The position numbers and the translations under genes were made by a program. Source: Monocercomonoides exilis PA203 (lineage: Eukaryota > Protista > Preaxostyla). Taken from it: a DNA stretch of 64,000 nucleotides. The stretch covers positions 868,001-932,000 of the forward strand of contig LSRY02000026.1 in NCBI GenBank assembly GCA_001643675.2, read 5' to 3'. Numbering within the stretch: the first letter of the stretch is position 1; each line of letters opens with the position of its first letter. Positions 13,952 to 26,685 of the stretch are shown one piece after another. Below the pieces are notes generated by a model. That model did no database searches. It worked only from the letters and a program-made list of their open reading frames with translations, and was not told where the DNA came from.

Positions 13952-14519
13952 TATCATAAAAAAAGATCAAAAATCGAAAAAATAAAATATTTTGTGGTAT
14001 TTTTTGATCTAAGAGATAAATTGATTTTCGTAAGTATTTAGTTTTTTTTTCAGTGACGTATATATGTTTTATTAATTAATAAAAAAAAAAGCATACCTTT
14101 TTGATGTTTTTGTGGAAAAGTGTTTTTTTGATCAAGTTTCACAAAAATATATAAAAAAAACAAAGAATAATCAAACTTTCAAAGGAAAATAAAAATGTCT
14201 AAACAAGTGAAACATAACTTAATGAGAAAAAATTTTCAAACAACATTCATAATTAAACAAATACATAAAATTTTATTATTAAAAAGAAAATCTAATGTGT
14301 TTTTTGTTAATCCAGCTAAAAATTCATTACCAAATTTCAGTTCCAGTCGTGCAGTTCAACGGACTCATCAAATGGAGATTGTGTTGAAAAGGAATCAATA
14401 ATCAATGGGAACAACTGATTCAATCTCGTCACGTCTTTTTTTATTCTTCGAATAAAATGCTCTTCCCACTTCATTTTCAATTTACAGCTCCTCTTTCATC
14501 TGTTTCGAATCTGCTCATC

Positions 14520-17500
14520 AAAAATTTCCTCAGAAAATACCGATGATATTATTTGCTTTTATTTCCAGTACTTTCTGCTCCGTTCTTCACACGATGTTCA
14601 TCAATTACTCTGGCAGCACTTGCATTTCTCCTCTTTAAACATATTTTTCCAAAACATGAAGTTCAGCTGATTGAGTGCTCAAGTGTGGACAGAAGAGGAA
14701 GAAGAGATTTGTATTTTGTTAGCGACTCTCTTGAAGCTTCCGTGAACGAGCCTTCCTTCGCCTTTATGAGGTGCATCACTCAGAAAGACAATTCGATTGT
14801 TGGGACATGACAGAACAGAAGCAATTGGTAATTGTGATGTTGAATTGTTTGTATTTCTCGACGGGCATTCAGTTGACAATGAATATGTAAATGGTCATCT
14901 TGGCATCAAAGCAATGTCTTACTGGCTATCAAAGATGCCCTGAAAGAGGACACACAACGCGACGGGGCTTCTGAAGAAGGTGCAGATCATATGGCAGAAA
15001 TCATTTCATGAGATGACTTGTAGGTGGATTGGTGCAAGTGACTGTAAAATCGAAGAAATTTGAAGAGGAGGCACAAAATTAAAATATATGAAATTGACTC
15101 AAAAACACTTTTGATGGATTAATCATCACATATCTGCTGTATATTTGGCTGTTTCATAGAATTTTCCATTAAATATGCCTTTTCAAATAAATAAGTTTCC
15201 CTCATCGTTTCATCTTCTACATGTTTAAAGCATGTTTCATTGTAAAATCTGAAGAAACTCATCATTTCTATCACACTTCCTGTTTAATTATTGCTTCAAT
15301 ATTCATTCGATTTCGTATGTCTTAATCAACCTCTAAACGCAAAATGCAGATTCAATATCCTTTTCCACTACACTCCTGCTTATAGGCTTTTCTTTACGAA
15401 TAATAGAATCGCTTCCATAATCATTAACTTTCATCTGATATTCTGCGATAACAATAGTATTTCTTTTGCGTTTCTGGAAGTTAATTGGATACAGGGTTTC
15501 GAGAAGAATTTGAAGAAAATAGTTATATATTTGTTCCTCATCGAAGAAGGTGCTGAAGAATAATAATAAGAAGATATTGAAAATATATTTTGAAAAATAA
15601 GGAGTAGAGGATAAAGTCTGATGCAAAAGAAGAAAGTTTTGCTTGTTTCAATGCATGTGAAGACAAATAAGAAAACGAAGAAAACGAAGGAGGCTACGAA
15701 AACGAAGAGGAGGAGAAGGAAGAAGGTTTTGAAGACGATAATGAAGTGTGAAACGAAGAAGAAGTGAATGAAGTTGATGTGTTCGCACATGCAAAAGTCG
15801 AGAAAAAAATGGCGTTTCGATAATTTGTTGCGAAATCTTTGTCGAATTCTGAGATTTGGTAAAATAAAGGCAAAAAGAGGCTAAAATCGTAACAGAAGTG
15901 TTCTTCGTTTCGGCTTCTTTCATCTCCTCTTTTGTACCTCTTTCTTTCTGAACCTTTCTTATATCTTTATCAAAATCACCTTCTTCTTCTTCTTCTTCTT
16001 TCTCATTTTCGATGCATTTATCTATCAGACGCATTGAACCCTTTTCATCTTTATCACACACAAGCTCATTTGTACTCCTCTTCTCTTCCTTCCCTTCCTT
16101 CCCCTCCTTCTCACCACCCACCCGAATCCCCTGGCTAGCCACATACGCTGCATAGTTCAGAAGGATGCTCTGTGGCTCAAACACACCACTCGTCGCTGAC
16201 ACACTGATGCTTGCAAATACGCCAGCATTGCCCAATCTACTCTTCCCGAGAATCGCACGAGTGATCGGCACAGTCACTAGAGGTGGCAGCGAGAAGGAAG
16301 AAATAGAAGAAGAAGGAAGAAATAGAAGAAGAAGGAGAGGAGGAAGGAGAGGAAGAAGAAGACATGCTCGATAAAGAGGCAGAGCTTGGGCTAGTCATGT
16401 CGAGGGACTTCTGCGTCAGTGAAGAAGAGAATGTGACGGGAGATGAAGGAGTGAGTGGTTTTGGAGGAGTTCCAACAAGAATAGAAGGGGTAGACAATTG
16501 TGTGTGTGGCAAGGGAGAAAAATCGGGACAATTTAGTAGGAGGCTGTGGTGCTTTGAATGTGCGACTGAGCAGATGAGAGTGTGCTGTCGAACGAGCAAA
16601 ATAACTGCTGCTGTTCATCTTCAGCATCATCTCCTTCTTCTCTCACATTTTGTTGCTGCATGCACCAGCTTTGTGTCGAATGCATCAATTTGTGATGTGC
16701 AAAACTCGCCTTTCTCCTTCTTCTTCGTCTTCGCCTTTGGCTCTTCATGTTGTCTTCATTTCCTCTGCTCTGCCCTCAATTTGATTCTGAAATCAACCTT
16801 CTTTGCCTCTTCCATTTGAACTTGGACTACTCTCTCTTCGCTTCTTAGCGGTGTCATAAAGCGAGCAGATGAATGCAATGTGCCTAACAGCTCCTTCGCC
16901 CCCGCATTCCCATTCCTTCTTTTAAGTCTATTCACCTCATTCTGCACAGTTAGCTTTGCCAACACAAGGAAGCCGTACAAAGTGCCAAAGCGAAGCGGGA
17001 TGCGCAGCTGCAGAAGAGGAAAGTACTTCAGATGTACATCATACAATTCAACTGCACGCATTGAAAGCCATGATATTGCTGTATGGAGTGGGAAACAAAA
17101 AGATATGATTTTTGGTGGGCTTAATAAAGCTGCTGATTGAACAGCTCATATTCATTCGAAGGAAGATGGAACGATCCAATGTCAACTGAGTGAAAATGAC
17201 ATTGAAAAAGTTTGAGAAGGAGCTGAAGAATAAGATAACCGCAAAGTTGAAGATTGAACAGTTGGTGGGAAAGGACAAGACGAAGGAGAAGTTGAGGAAT
17301 TTGAAGAAGAAGGTGAAGAAGAAGGTGAAAATGAAGGTGAAGAAGAAGGTGAAGATGAAAAAATGATAAAAAAGAATATTAATGACGATTGACAGATCCA
17401 CAAAAATTCAATAAAAATGCTTTTTGAGGAAGAGGTAAGAGGTTCCACTTGATGTTGTCTACTGAATAAAACATTTCATTTAACAAGTTAACTTCGCAAC

Positions 17501-18600
17501 GAGACAATAACTAAAATTGCAAATATTTGTCTGATGTTCTGTTATTGATCAATAGAGCTTCATTTCTTCAAAGTCATTTGCCTTCTTTCTGTGACTTTCT
17601 CCTTTCTCTTCAAAAAATAGAAAATGTTAATATCTCTCAATTTCCTTTCTTTTCCATTTCCATCTTCAAAAAATCTTCTCTCCCTCTTTTCTCCTCTCAA
17701 AGAATACCCCTCTTCCATTTGTATATTTCGGAATATTCTTCTTCTTTCCCGCCTTTGCCCTCTTTTCCTTCTCTTCCAAAAAAATATTCTCCCATCAACA
17801 AAAAGCTCTACTTCATCATCCTTAGCAACTTCTCAACATATTTACTATATTATCTTCTCCAAATCTCCGCCTGTTCCTTCCCCATCCATCTGTCTCAGAA
17901 TTTCTTCCATTCAAAAATCTCTCTCGAAATATTAACATTCAAAAGAACACTCAACTCCCACCCCCTGCTACAAATAATCCTCTTCCATCTCTTCTCTGCC
18001 CCATATATCTCCTGTGCCTGGTGTTGATGAGATAAACATATAATACATCTTTGTGTGGTTGAGAATATTATTAGAGGAGATGATCATGCCAAAAACAGAA
18101 AAAACACCTCTGAACATCCACCACAATGTGTACAGCCTGAGAAGACCCTCCAGTGAGATACACGATATATTTTGTGAAGATGCACTCCATGCTGCAATTT
18201 GACCATTCTGAGGCTGAAATGAAGAGATTGATTTTTTGAATGATGATGGCTGTAGAAATGAGTGTGCTTGGCAAAAAACAGCCGAAGAGCAGTTTGGCCT
18301 TTATTTAATTATATATATATGAATATTTATCTGTTGACTGTTTTTGTGTTGTTTTCAGGGCAGGAGGTGGAAATGAATGAAAGCTGGATATCTCGAAATG
18401 CAGGATAACGGTGGAGTTTGGAGAGAGAATTCATATGGAAAGTGTGCTTGATAAAGGGATTGGGAATGAAATTGGAGATAGTTATTTCTTACGAAGCTGA
18501 TTGGATTTGAAAAGAAAACAAAAGCCTCATTATTTTTTAGATGCACAAAAGAAAATACATTTGAGGGACATTAGACAACTGAAAAGGATGGTTGACGAAC
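14520..18600. other. Degenerate coding-like sequence of unknown family (probable pseudogene fragments)
   Basis: Raised GC and chains of stop-interrupted ORFs (e.g. minus 17061-16237); no recognisable motif. Confidence 0.3.
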
Positions 18601-19770
18601 CGGTTGCAAAAACTGTTGAAATTTTATTGTTTTAACAAACATGTTTTGATAATCAAAATCAATTTAAAATTTCTTTTCAAAGACTCGCTTAACATATAAT
18701 TATGTTAATTTTTTTGGATGATAATATTGTGGAAAATATTGTTTTTATGTTTTATTGAAGATTGAAAGGATGTTTTGCTTTTTTTATTGAAGAAACGTAA
18801 TTTTTTCGATAAGTTTATTCTATTTTTTCAAAATTTGAAATAAAACTATATTACAACAAAAAATGTCTATTAATAAATCATAATAACTTCAAATAAAACA
18901 ACATTTTCGTATAATTTCAACAAAAAAATATTATTATCACACCCACCCTTAATGAAATTATTTTTTGATCAAACGTCGGAATTTTTTATGATATCAAAAA
19001 AAAACACCCATATCCAAAAAGTGGGTTTTAGTAGTTAAAAAGTAAACATTTTGTCCGGATGGACAAAACCACCATTTCACATACTGAATTTGTCAAGGAT
19101 AAGTGATTTCGTTTTTTCTTTTAGTTTTTTTCTTCATTTTTTTGCACGATTATGAAAGGCTTTTAATAAGATAACAACAGAAAAATTTGAAAGAACATGT
19201 TGTTTTTTGCTTTAAAGCTTTAACTTTGAACGGAATAATCAAATGGGTGATTATTTTTGGAATCATAATTTTTCTTTCAATCTTTTCGAACCGAAAAATT
19301 CCTTTGAACATTAGCAAATAAACATAAAAAAAAAAGAAATGATTTATCGAAGACATCTTCATCTTTATTTTTGCAAAGACATTTGTTGAAGAAACAATTG
19401 GAAAGTGTTTTGCATTTGAATGCAAAATATCTTTCCAAAGATTCACAACATTTCAAAAAAAAGTACTCCGAAAAAAGTTATGTTTTCAAAAATAAACACC
19501 CAAATAAAAAAATCAATCTGGTTTTTTCTTTTTGAAATTACTCAATTATTTGGCATGTTCAATAAACTCTATTTATTATTCAAATTTTGTAAAATTTTTA
19601 TTAAAAATTGAAAACTTTTATTTCGAATTAAATAATTTTGAATATGGCACATAATTTTTTTATTTATGAAAAAGAACAACGATTTGTTCCTTCCTTTTTC
19701 TCCAACCTTATCATTATAAGTCTTTCATCCCCATGTCAAAAAAATACAGAAAAATACAAAAAGTTAGAAA

Positions 19771-20222
19771 AATATTTGGGTGATTCTTTTTGAAAAGTCA
19801 CAAATGTTAAATTTTCAAATATATCAAAAATTTCATATTTTGCTCAAATTTTATTTTTCAAAAACCAAACTTCACTAATTAAAAAGCTATTTTTTGAATA
19901 TGTTATTTCAAACACTCTTGAGGAGATTTGTGAGCTGAAACAGAAATTTGAGCAAAATATGAAATTTTTGATATATTTGGGTGATTCTTTTTGAAAAGTC
20001 ACAAATGTTTAATTTTCAAATAAATCAAAAGTTTCATATTTTACTCAAATTTCTGTTAACATTCACGTAACTACACTTGAATGCATGACGTAGCATTATC
20101 GAATAATGGATTCCATATTTGGTAAGTTTGGTGCATGTTAACAGAAATTTGAGACATTTATAAAATTTTTGATTTATTTGAAAATTAAACATTTGTGACT
20201 TTTCAAAAAGAATCACCCATTT
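19771..20222. repeat. Cluster of direct and inverted copies of an ~80-bp AT-rich unit
   Basis: TGGGTGATTCTTTTTGAAAAGTCACAAATGTT.AATTTTCAAAT... at ~19777 and ~19978, inverted at ~20140-20220, partial inverted at 19940-19979; related copies at ~39725 and ~40378. Confidence 0.85.
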
Positions 20223-20289
20223 GTTTGAGGAGAATAGAACAAAATTCAAAAAGCAAAATATTACATCCCATATTTTTTAAAAAAAATTT

Positions 20290-21140
20290 TTTTTGTGAAA
20301 AATTGGTATTTGGCTGAGTGTTGGAAAGTGATAAAAACATTATGTTTCTTCTTTTTTTATAAAAAGGATGACAAATTGAACCCTGATTTTTAAAACTTGT
20401 CAATGAACATGAAATTTTATGATTTTTCAAAAAAAAAAATCTTTATCATAAAAATCTGACAATTTTCAAATGTATTCATCTGATATTTTTGAAACATGCT
20501 TTGTTCAATCAAGGTTAGTCATTTATATAAAATATATGGGGGAAAATACGAACTATCAAGATTTTTATGCACAAAGCACAAAATAATTGCTTCACTCATA
20601 ACTTCATATCGCTTTCTCAGATTACAAAATTATTTAGATTTTCATATCTGTAAACAAACATCGTTGATATAATAACAAAATGTTTTGTGAACTCACACGT
20701 AATTCAAAACATGTTTTCATTTTCAATAAATTTTTGTATCACAAAAAGTTAATCAAAAGCGCATGATTTTTCAACGAAAAAACTTGAAGTCTCATATTTT
20801 CCCCCATATATTTAAAAGATCAACAAAAAATATATGAAGAATTCAGAAAGTGCATTAGTAGATTGATTGAAATAAAAATAAATTTATGTTTTCATCATCT
20901 TGCATTGATTCAAATGTATATTTTGATCGAATAATGTGAAAACAAACAATGTGCGGTGAAATAATTAAAGAATTATCCCATTTCCATAAAGATAATTATT
21001 TTCTGAAAAATCAGAAAATTTTATGTTTGTTGACAAATTATAAAAATCGGGGTTCAAATTCTTATCTTTTTGACGAATTTTCAATTTTTTGTAATTTTAA
21101 TGACATTCCCACACTTAATCAAAAACCAATTTATCTCTCA
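20290..21140. repeat. Nested imperfect inverted repeats (foldback/MITE-like)
   Basis: Outer arms ~20290-20460 and ~20970-21140; inner ~30-bp arms AATATATGGGGGAAAATA.. at 20531 and ..TATTTTCCCCCATATATT ending at 20812. Confidence 0.7.
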
Positions 21141-22508
21141 AAAAATATTATGAAAAATGCACAATTTATTAAAAGGTGAATTATAAGTTAACCAAACGAT
21201 AATAATATTTGGTGACTTTCATTTTCAGAATCTTTTCAATTGTGCATGAAAAGAAGTGATTATTCATTGATATTTATGATTTTGAATGATCAGAATTCTT
21301 AAAAGGATTATTGTTTGAAAATTTAAAACGACTTGAGGAAAACAATTTTCTCTACAACATCATAATTTTTTGAATAATTGGAAGATTAATAGAACATTTA
21401 TATAACAGAGAAATCAAAAACAATTTATCAATATGTTAAAATGTGATGATCTTTAACAACGGAAACATTTTGAATGTTCGAGACAAACGACTCTTGGAAA
21501 AACGAACAAGTTTTTTTTTCCAAAAATTACAAAAACTTTTCAAAATCTTTCAATTAAAATGCCAAAAATTTTTAAAAAATAACAAAAACAGCGTTGAATA
21601 ATATAACAAAACTATTTATTTATTTATTTGAAATATTTTTTTGCTCATAAATCAAATAAAAAGAAAGAAAAAAGATAAATATCAGTTAAAATAAATTGAC
21701 TCCAACAAAAAAATTCAAAAAAAATCGTCATTTTACCAGCAGTACTCTCGAAAAAGAACTCTGCGTTAAATAGCCATAAAAGATGGACATAAAGAATAAA
21801 TGAAACTTGATTATGTTGGAATTATGTGTTGTTTTTATTATTTGCATCTTTCTGTCGATAAGCTCAATGAAAATGTTGCTCATCATTTTCCTTTAATTTG
21901 CAAAATTCAAAAAGGAAATCTGAAAAGAAGTCGATTTTTGCTTTCTTGTTGAAACGAATAGTTTCACAGGCAATTATGCGTTGAAGATTTGAAGTAGAAG
22001 AATAAACACTTCCACAGCAAAAACATCTTCTTCTTTTCGTTTCCTTCATTGAACTGTTAAGTAAACCAACATTGTGATTCATTCGTATTAATCACTTTCT
22101 TTAAAAAAGAAAATATGACACTCACTTCCTTCTCTTCTGTTTTGAGAGATCGTCACTTATGGGCAAGTCACCCAACTGATCTGAAATGAAAATTACGATA
22201 TAATTTAACGGTGATGTGAAGATGTTATGAAAAATGGAGTGAGTAACATGGCGCAAATTACAAACGCGCCTGAAGAGATAGGAAAATAAGTGGAAACTAC
22301 AATATCATTCGCAATGGGGGGTGGGATTAATACGCGGCGGGAAGAAGAGAAGGAAGTGAGTGTCATATTTTCTTTTTTAATCAAAGTACATGTACTTTGA
22401 TTCAAAAGAAAACATTCTCTCACTTCCTTCTCTTCTGTTTTGAGAGAAATACTTAATTGGGAAGACGTGATGCATCAAAAGGATTAAGTAGATTTAGAGA
22501 TCTCCGTT

Positions 22509-25500
22509 TTACAGCATTTTTTGTAGTAACTCTTGCTTTGCTTGTGATCTGGTTCTTATAATAAACTGAACGGATTTTTCTTGGATGACTTCTCGTTCGA
22601 TCTTTCTTTCGCTCTGGTTCTTCTCTTTAGGTTCTTCGATGCTGTTGTCTTCTGGTTCCTCGATTCGACTTGGCTTTAGACAATCCGTTTTTGAATTTAA
22701 GACAGCTTTTCCCTGATTGCTGCAAAATCTGTTGTTTTTCCATTTTATCTTCAACATTCGTGCACGTTTTTTCATGTGTGAAGATCCTGAATCTTCGCTT
22801 CTATCCACTTCCTCCTGTTCGTTCTCAGCTGTGGTTGAATCCTCGTTGTCATTTCCACTTGCATAACTTTCTTCTGATCTTCTCAAGTTCACAAACTGCG
22901 GATCAGCTGAGTCACTTTGCATTTCTCTTTGAACATTGCTTTCGGTTGATTGAACTGCAATAGCTCTTGCACAAGAGGAAGAAACATCTGATTGAAAATA
23001 GTAGTTCGTTATTGTATCGCTTAGCGGAGACAGCCTTGCGAACTTTGCAACTTGCGCTATGGGCATCCCAGACATCGTTAAGGCAGATATTGAAGCGTGC
23101 TTTAGTGAATATGGTCCGAAACATTCAGGAATACCTGCCTTATGAATGATTTCAGATGCAAGTTTTCTCAGGGCTCTTGAAGATAGGGGCTTTTTTGTTG
23201 TTTCGTTCAAAAACAAGTGGTCAGAATTTGTTTGTATCTTTTCCACTCTTAACCACAATTCCTTCACAGCTGATGCAGGGCAAATAAATGGCGTTTCTTG
23301 GAGGAATGGGATGATGATATCCGTTCTTTCCGTTCCGGTCTTCAATGAGGTATCAAGGGCGATTGAGTCCTCTTTTATTGTGGAATGTGAAAGGCTTATT
23401 CTTTCGAGTTCAGTGAAGCGGCATGCAGAAAAGAGGATACATAGGCAAATTGTTTTCTTCATGAGGGTTTCATTATCCAGATGTTTGTTTTCACCTAAGG
23501 TTGCTATGTGGTCCAAAAGAACTCTTGGATTCCATATCGGAGGCTTGTTTTTCTTCTTTCTTCTTTCAAGTCTTTTGAAAGATCGGAAAAGAATCTTCAT
23601 TAGTGGATAATCTGCTAACTGCTTTTCGAATAAAAGTTGAGACGCAAGAGAGATTGCTGAACGTGTTTTGCACAGTGAAGACCATTTTTGTCCCTTGTCG
23701 TGAAGTCTAAGAAAGATATCCGCACATTTTATAACCCAGTCAAACCAATCACTTGGAGGTGGACCATAGTTGCACACAGCCCACTCTTCTCCGAAACGAG
23801 CGAAACTTAGTAAATATCCGTTCCATGTTGATGGCGAAAAGCTGGATTCGCACAGATTAACCATATCAATGGGATATCCTTTCGTCTGAAGGATGGCTTT
23901 GAACCAAACTTCTCCGTTTGATGCTAAGGATTTATCAAGATTGCATGCAGTTTCCCTGGTGGAAGACAAGCATCCATCTTCTTCATCAGTGGTCCTGGTA
24001 TTAGAAGATTGCTCAGGTTCTTCGATGTCCATTCGACATGATTCGTTTCTCTCAACAGCGGTTCCCATATTTGGCCCTTCCAATCGGGAAGAAGGAGAAG
24101 AACTCGAGCTTGTTCGAGAATCGTTTTCCTGATTGTCGGGAGAATGAGTGGAATGGGTGGGTGAGCGAGAACGGTTTCTCCATACCAAGGATGTTGAAGG
24201 CCATCTTCGTTTATATGGCTTCTGGGACCGCACCATCGACAAGCTTTTTTGTTCCACGCAGTGGCAAACGCATCCAGTGTTATTTTCACTTGCATCTTCT
24301 TCACAAGTTCTTGAAAGGCTTCCTGTCTTATTTGATAGTCTCCTCCCCTTTCTAATCTTGAAAGGGAGTCGGCTCTCCCGTTTTTCTTTCCCGGAATGTA
24401 CTGAGCCTTCATTTGAACTTTCATCGCTTTCATATGGCTCCATGTCTTTGTGAGAAGCCTTCGAAGGTTTGTCCCTGCATGCCATCTGTTTATGTTGAAG
24501 ACCGATGTTGAGTTGTCCGATCTTAAAAGCAGTTTGCTGATGTGGTTGGATGACAGTGTGGGAGTGAAATGGATTAACGATTGAAGGATTGCCCACATTT
24601 CTCGATAATTGGAGCTTTGGTTTTGTTGCCAACGTGGGAGTGGACGATGGAAGTCGTATTCTTTGTTTCTTTTTCTTAAATAGGCTCCAATTGCTTTTCT
24701 TGATGCGTCCGTTGTGAGGATTGCTTCTGGAAGAAACAGAGGACAAAGCTGCCTGGGAATATTGGCCTTCAATTTCGATATCCATTTTGTTAGACTTGGG
24801 AGGATTGAATGGTTGATCTTCATCCTCCCATTCCATCCTGTTCTCGAGACCATGTTGTTCAGAGTTCGATACAGAGTTGAAAGAAAAAGAGAAGCTTCCT
24901 GAAATACGAACCTTGTGGCGTTCAGTTTTCCAATGAAGGCTGCCAGATCTCTCACTCTCACTTCTTGTGTTTTGAGGGACATCTTCCTCCATTTGAAACA
25001 TTCCCTTGTCAAATGATTCATTCTTTTCCTTTCTAACGCAACATGAAAATGGCCTGTGTCCCAATCGAATCCTAAATAGGTGAAGCTTTGTGATGGCATC
25101 AGGTGACTCTTTTCTTTGTTCACAAGCAAACCAAGGCTTTTGAGGAGAGAGACGACTCTCACAGTTATCCATTTGAGTTTTCTTTGATCTTGGTGAAGAA
25201 GTATAATATCGTCCAGATAAGCGATTGCTTTTACGTTCCATTTCTGACGAATGAATGTTATCACTTTTCTCATGATTTTTGTGAAGATTCTTGGAGAATC
25301 TTTGTATTCAAATGGCATTCCGTTGAAACAGTAGTAATTCTTGTCGAATTCGAAAGACAGAAAAGGCTTGAAATTGTCGTCCACCTTTATCAAGTAATAG
25401 GCTTGGCTTAGATCGATGGTTGTCGCATAATCTCCTTTTGCAATAATTCGTTCCACTGTCCTGTAATCCTCCAATTTGAAATGAAAAGACTTTGTTGCAT

Positions 25501-25991
25501 CGTTCAGCTTTCTGCAATCGATTATTTGCCTCCATCCACCTTGTTTTTTCCTTATGACAAACACTGGGTTTAAGTGTTTCACTTCTCTTTTTGGTATCTT
25601 TTGAATAATGTTCGTCTCGAGCTGCTCCTGTATAAGCTTTTCCATCGCAATCGTTGCTTCCAGTGACTGTTGTGGACAATGAGCTACATTCTTTGCATTG
25701 ATTAGTCTCTCTCTGGCTTTTTTGCTTTTCCAAATTGGAATAACACCTCTCTTTATCAGCCTTTCCCCACCTATCCTTCTCCATGCATCTCCAAAAAATG
25801 CCGTTCTTCCTCCAACTGTTGAATGCAACTGGCTTAATTTGTTCTCGCTCCCCTGGATCGCTGCTGTGAAGGGCTTCTGTTGTAAGTGCTTGCTGATCTT
25901 CTCCCTGCATACGACCGGGGGCCCGAACGAAAAAATTGTGAATGTTGATCTCTCTGACTGGTTCTGTCTTTTCCATAATATCTTTTTCCAA
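22509..25991 (-). CDS. DIRS-A ORF3: tyrosine recombinase with long N-terminal part overlapping ORF2; one stop at 25308-25310
   Basis: ORFs 25308-25991 and 22509-25241 share a frame. C-terminal part has STWNGY, TRSAIS, FSACRFTEL, LKT, ICPASA, YSLKHASIS, NYYF. Start not defined. Confidence 0.85.
23924..25828 (-). CDS. DIRS-A ORF2: reverse transcriptase, RNase H and methyltransferase-like domain
   Basis: VGGRT..W, WRQIIDCRKLN, TIDLSQAYY, GMPF, YLDD; RNase H LTTDAS..NYREM..RSDN..NGRADSLSR; MT-like LDAFA..DGL..W..HPPIPLI..LLPDW..QIW. True start uncertain. Confidence 0.93.
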   Translation of the reverse strand: MHSTVGGRTAFFGDAWRRIGGERLIKRGVIPIWKSKKARERLINAKNVAHCPQQSLEATIAMEKLIQEQLETNIIQKIPKREVKHLNPVFVIRKKQGGWRQIIDCRKLNDATKSFHFKLEDYRTVERIIAKGDYATTIDLSQAYYLIKVDDNFKPFLSFEFDKNYYCFNGMPFEYKDSPRIFTKIMRKVITFIRQKWNVKAIAYLDDIILLHQDQRKLKWITVRVVSLLKSLGLLVNKEKSHLMPSQSFTYLGFDWDTGHFHVALERKRMNHLTRECFKWRKMSLKTQEVRVRDLAAFIGKLNATRFVFQEASLFLSTLYRTLNNMVSRTGWNGRMKINHSILPSLTKWISKLKANIPRQLCPLFLPEAILTTDASRKAIGAYLRKRNKEYDFHRPLPRWQQNQSSNYREMWAILQSLIHFTPTLSSNHISKLLLRSDNSTSVFNINRWHAGTNLRRLLTKTWSHMKAMKVQMKAQYIPGKKNGRADSLSRLERGGDYQIRQEAFQELVKKMQVKITLDAFATAWNKKACRWCGPRSHINEDGLQHPWYGETVLAHPPIPLILPTIRKTILEQARVLLLLPDWKGQIWEPLLRETNHVEWTSKNLSNLLIPGPLMKKMDACLPPGKLHAILINP

Positions 25992-26685
25992 AGGCTTTTG
26001 AATTAAAAGATATTTGTGCCCATCTTTTGGAAGTTGACTCCATTGTTTTCCTGGATTCTTCTAGCAGATCCCATTGTCTTTTGGTTAAAAGTGTAGATGC
26101 TGAATCTTCCTTAATTTTCGCTGCTTCGGAAAATCCGAATCTTGCTTGAATGCGAGCGTTTCTGGCCTCCTTCAGGGCTTGGGCGAGAAGTAAACATGCT
26201 TGAGCTATTGGTTCATGAGCTGCATCATCCTTTTGAGTCTTTGAGTGAGCAAATAATAGTAATTTCATTACTGGGTATAAAAATGTTTCGCATCTTTCCC
26301 CAGCTTGGTCTAATGCGTCCTTGAAAGGACTTGCGGTTCTCACAAAAGGAGGAGGCGCGCAAGATAGAAAGGGTGATAAATCCTCAGTCTTTAAGGTGGA
26401 AATTAATTCGTTAATCATTAGATCCGGCAAAGGCAGATCATATAAGGATAATTCCGGTGGTCTTCAGAATATTTCCAAAAATGAATCTTCCAAATGTGTA
26501 TCTTCTTCTTGGTTTTCTTCGTCCGAAGTTGAAGAAGATGAAGGTTGCAAGGTTGAGAAAGAAGAAGGTTGGGAGGCGGAAAAGGGTCCGGAAAACATCG
26601 GAATCCCGCTTGTTGGGCCACCAGGAAGCGCCGCTGCGCTCGGTTCGGCCGCAAGTCCAGCTCCCAAAGGATTATTCGGAATCAT
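25834..26685 (-). CDS. DIRS-A ORF1 (gag-like), one in-frame TGA at 26464-26466
   Basis: MIPNNP..AAALPGG..FLEIF*RPPELSLYDL..DLSP..APPPF..DALD..ALKEAR..RFGF aligns with ORF1 of copy B, which has Gly at the stop position. Confidence 0.8.

Noticed and set aside
22103-22447. LTR or Ngaro/PAT split direct-repeat architecture
   Set aside because: The termini are inverted relative to each other and the internal block is complementary to both ends, i.e. DIRS1-type; no DDE integrase.
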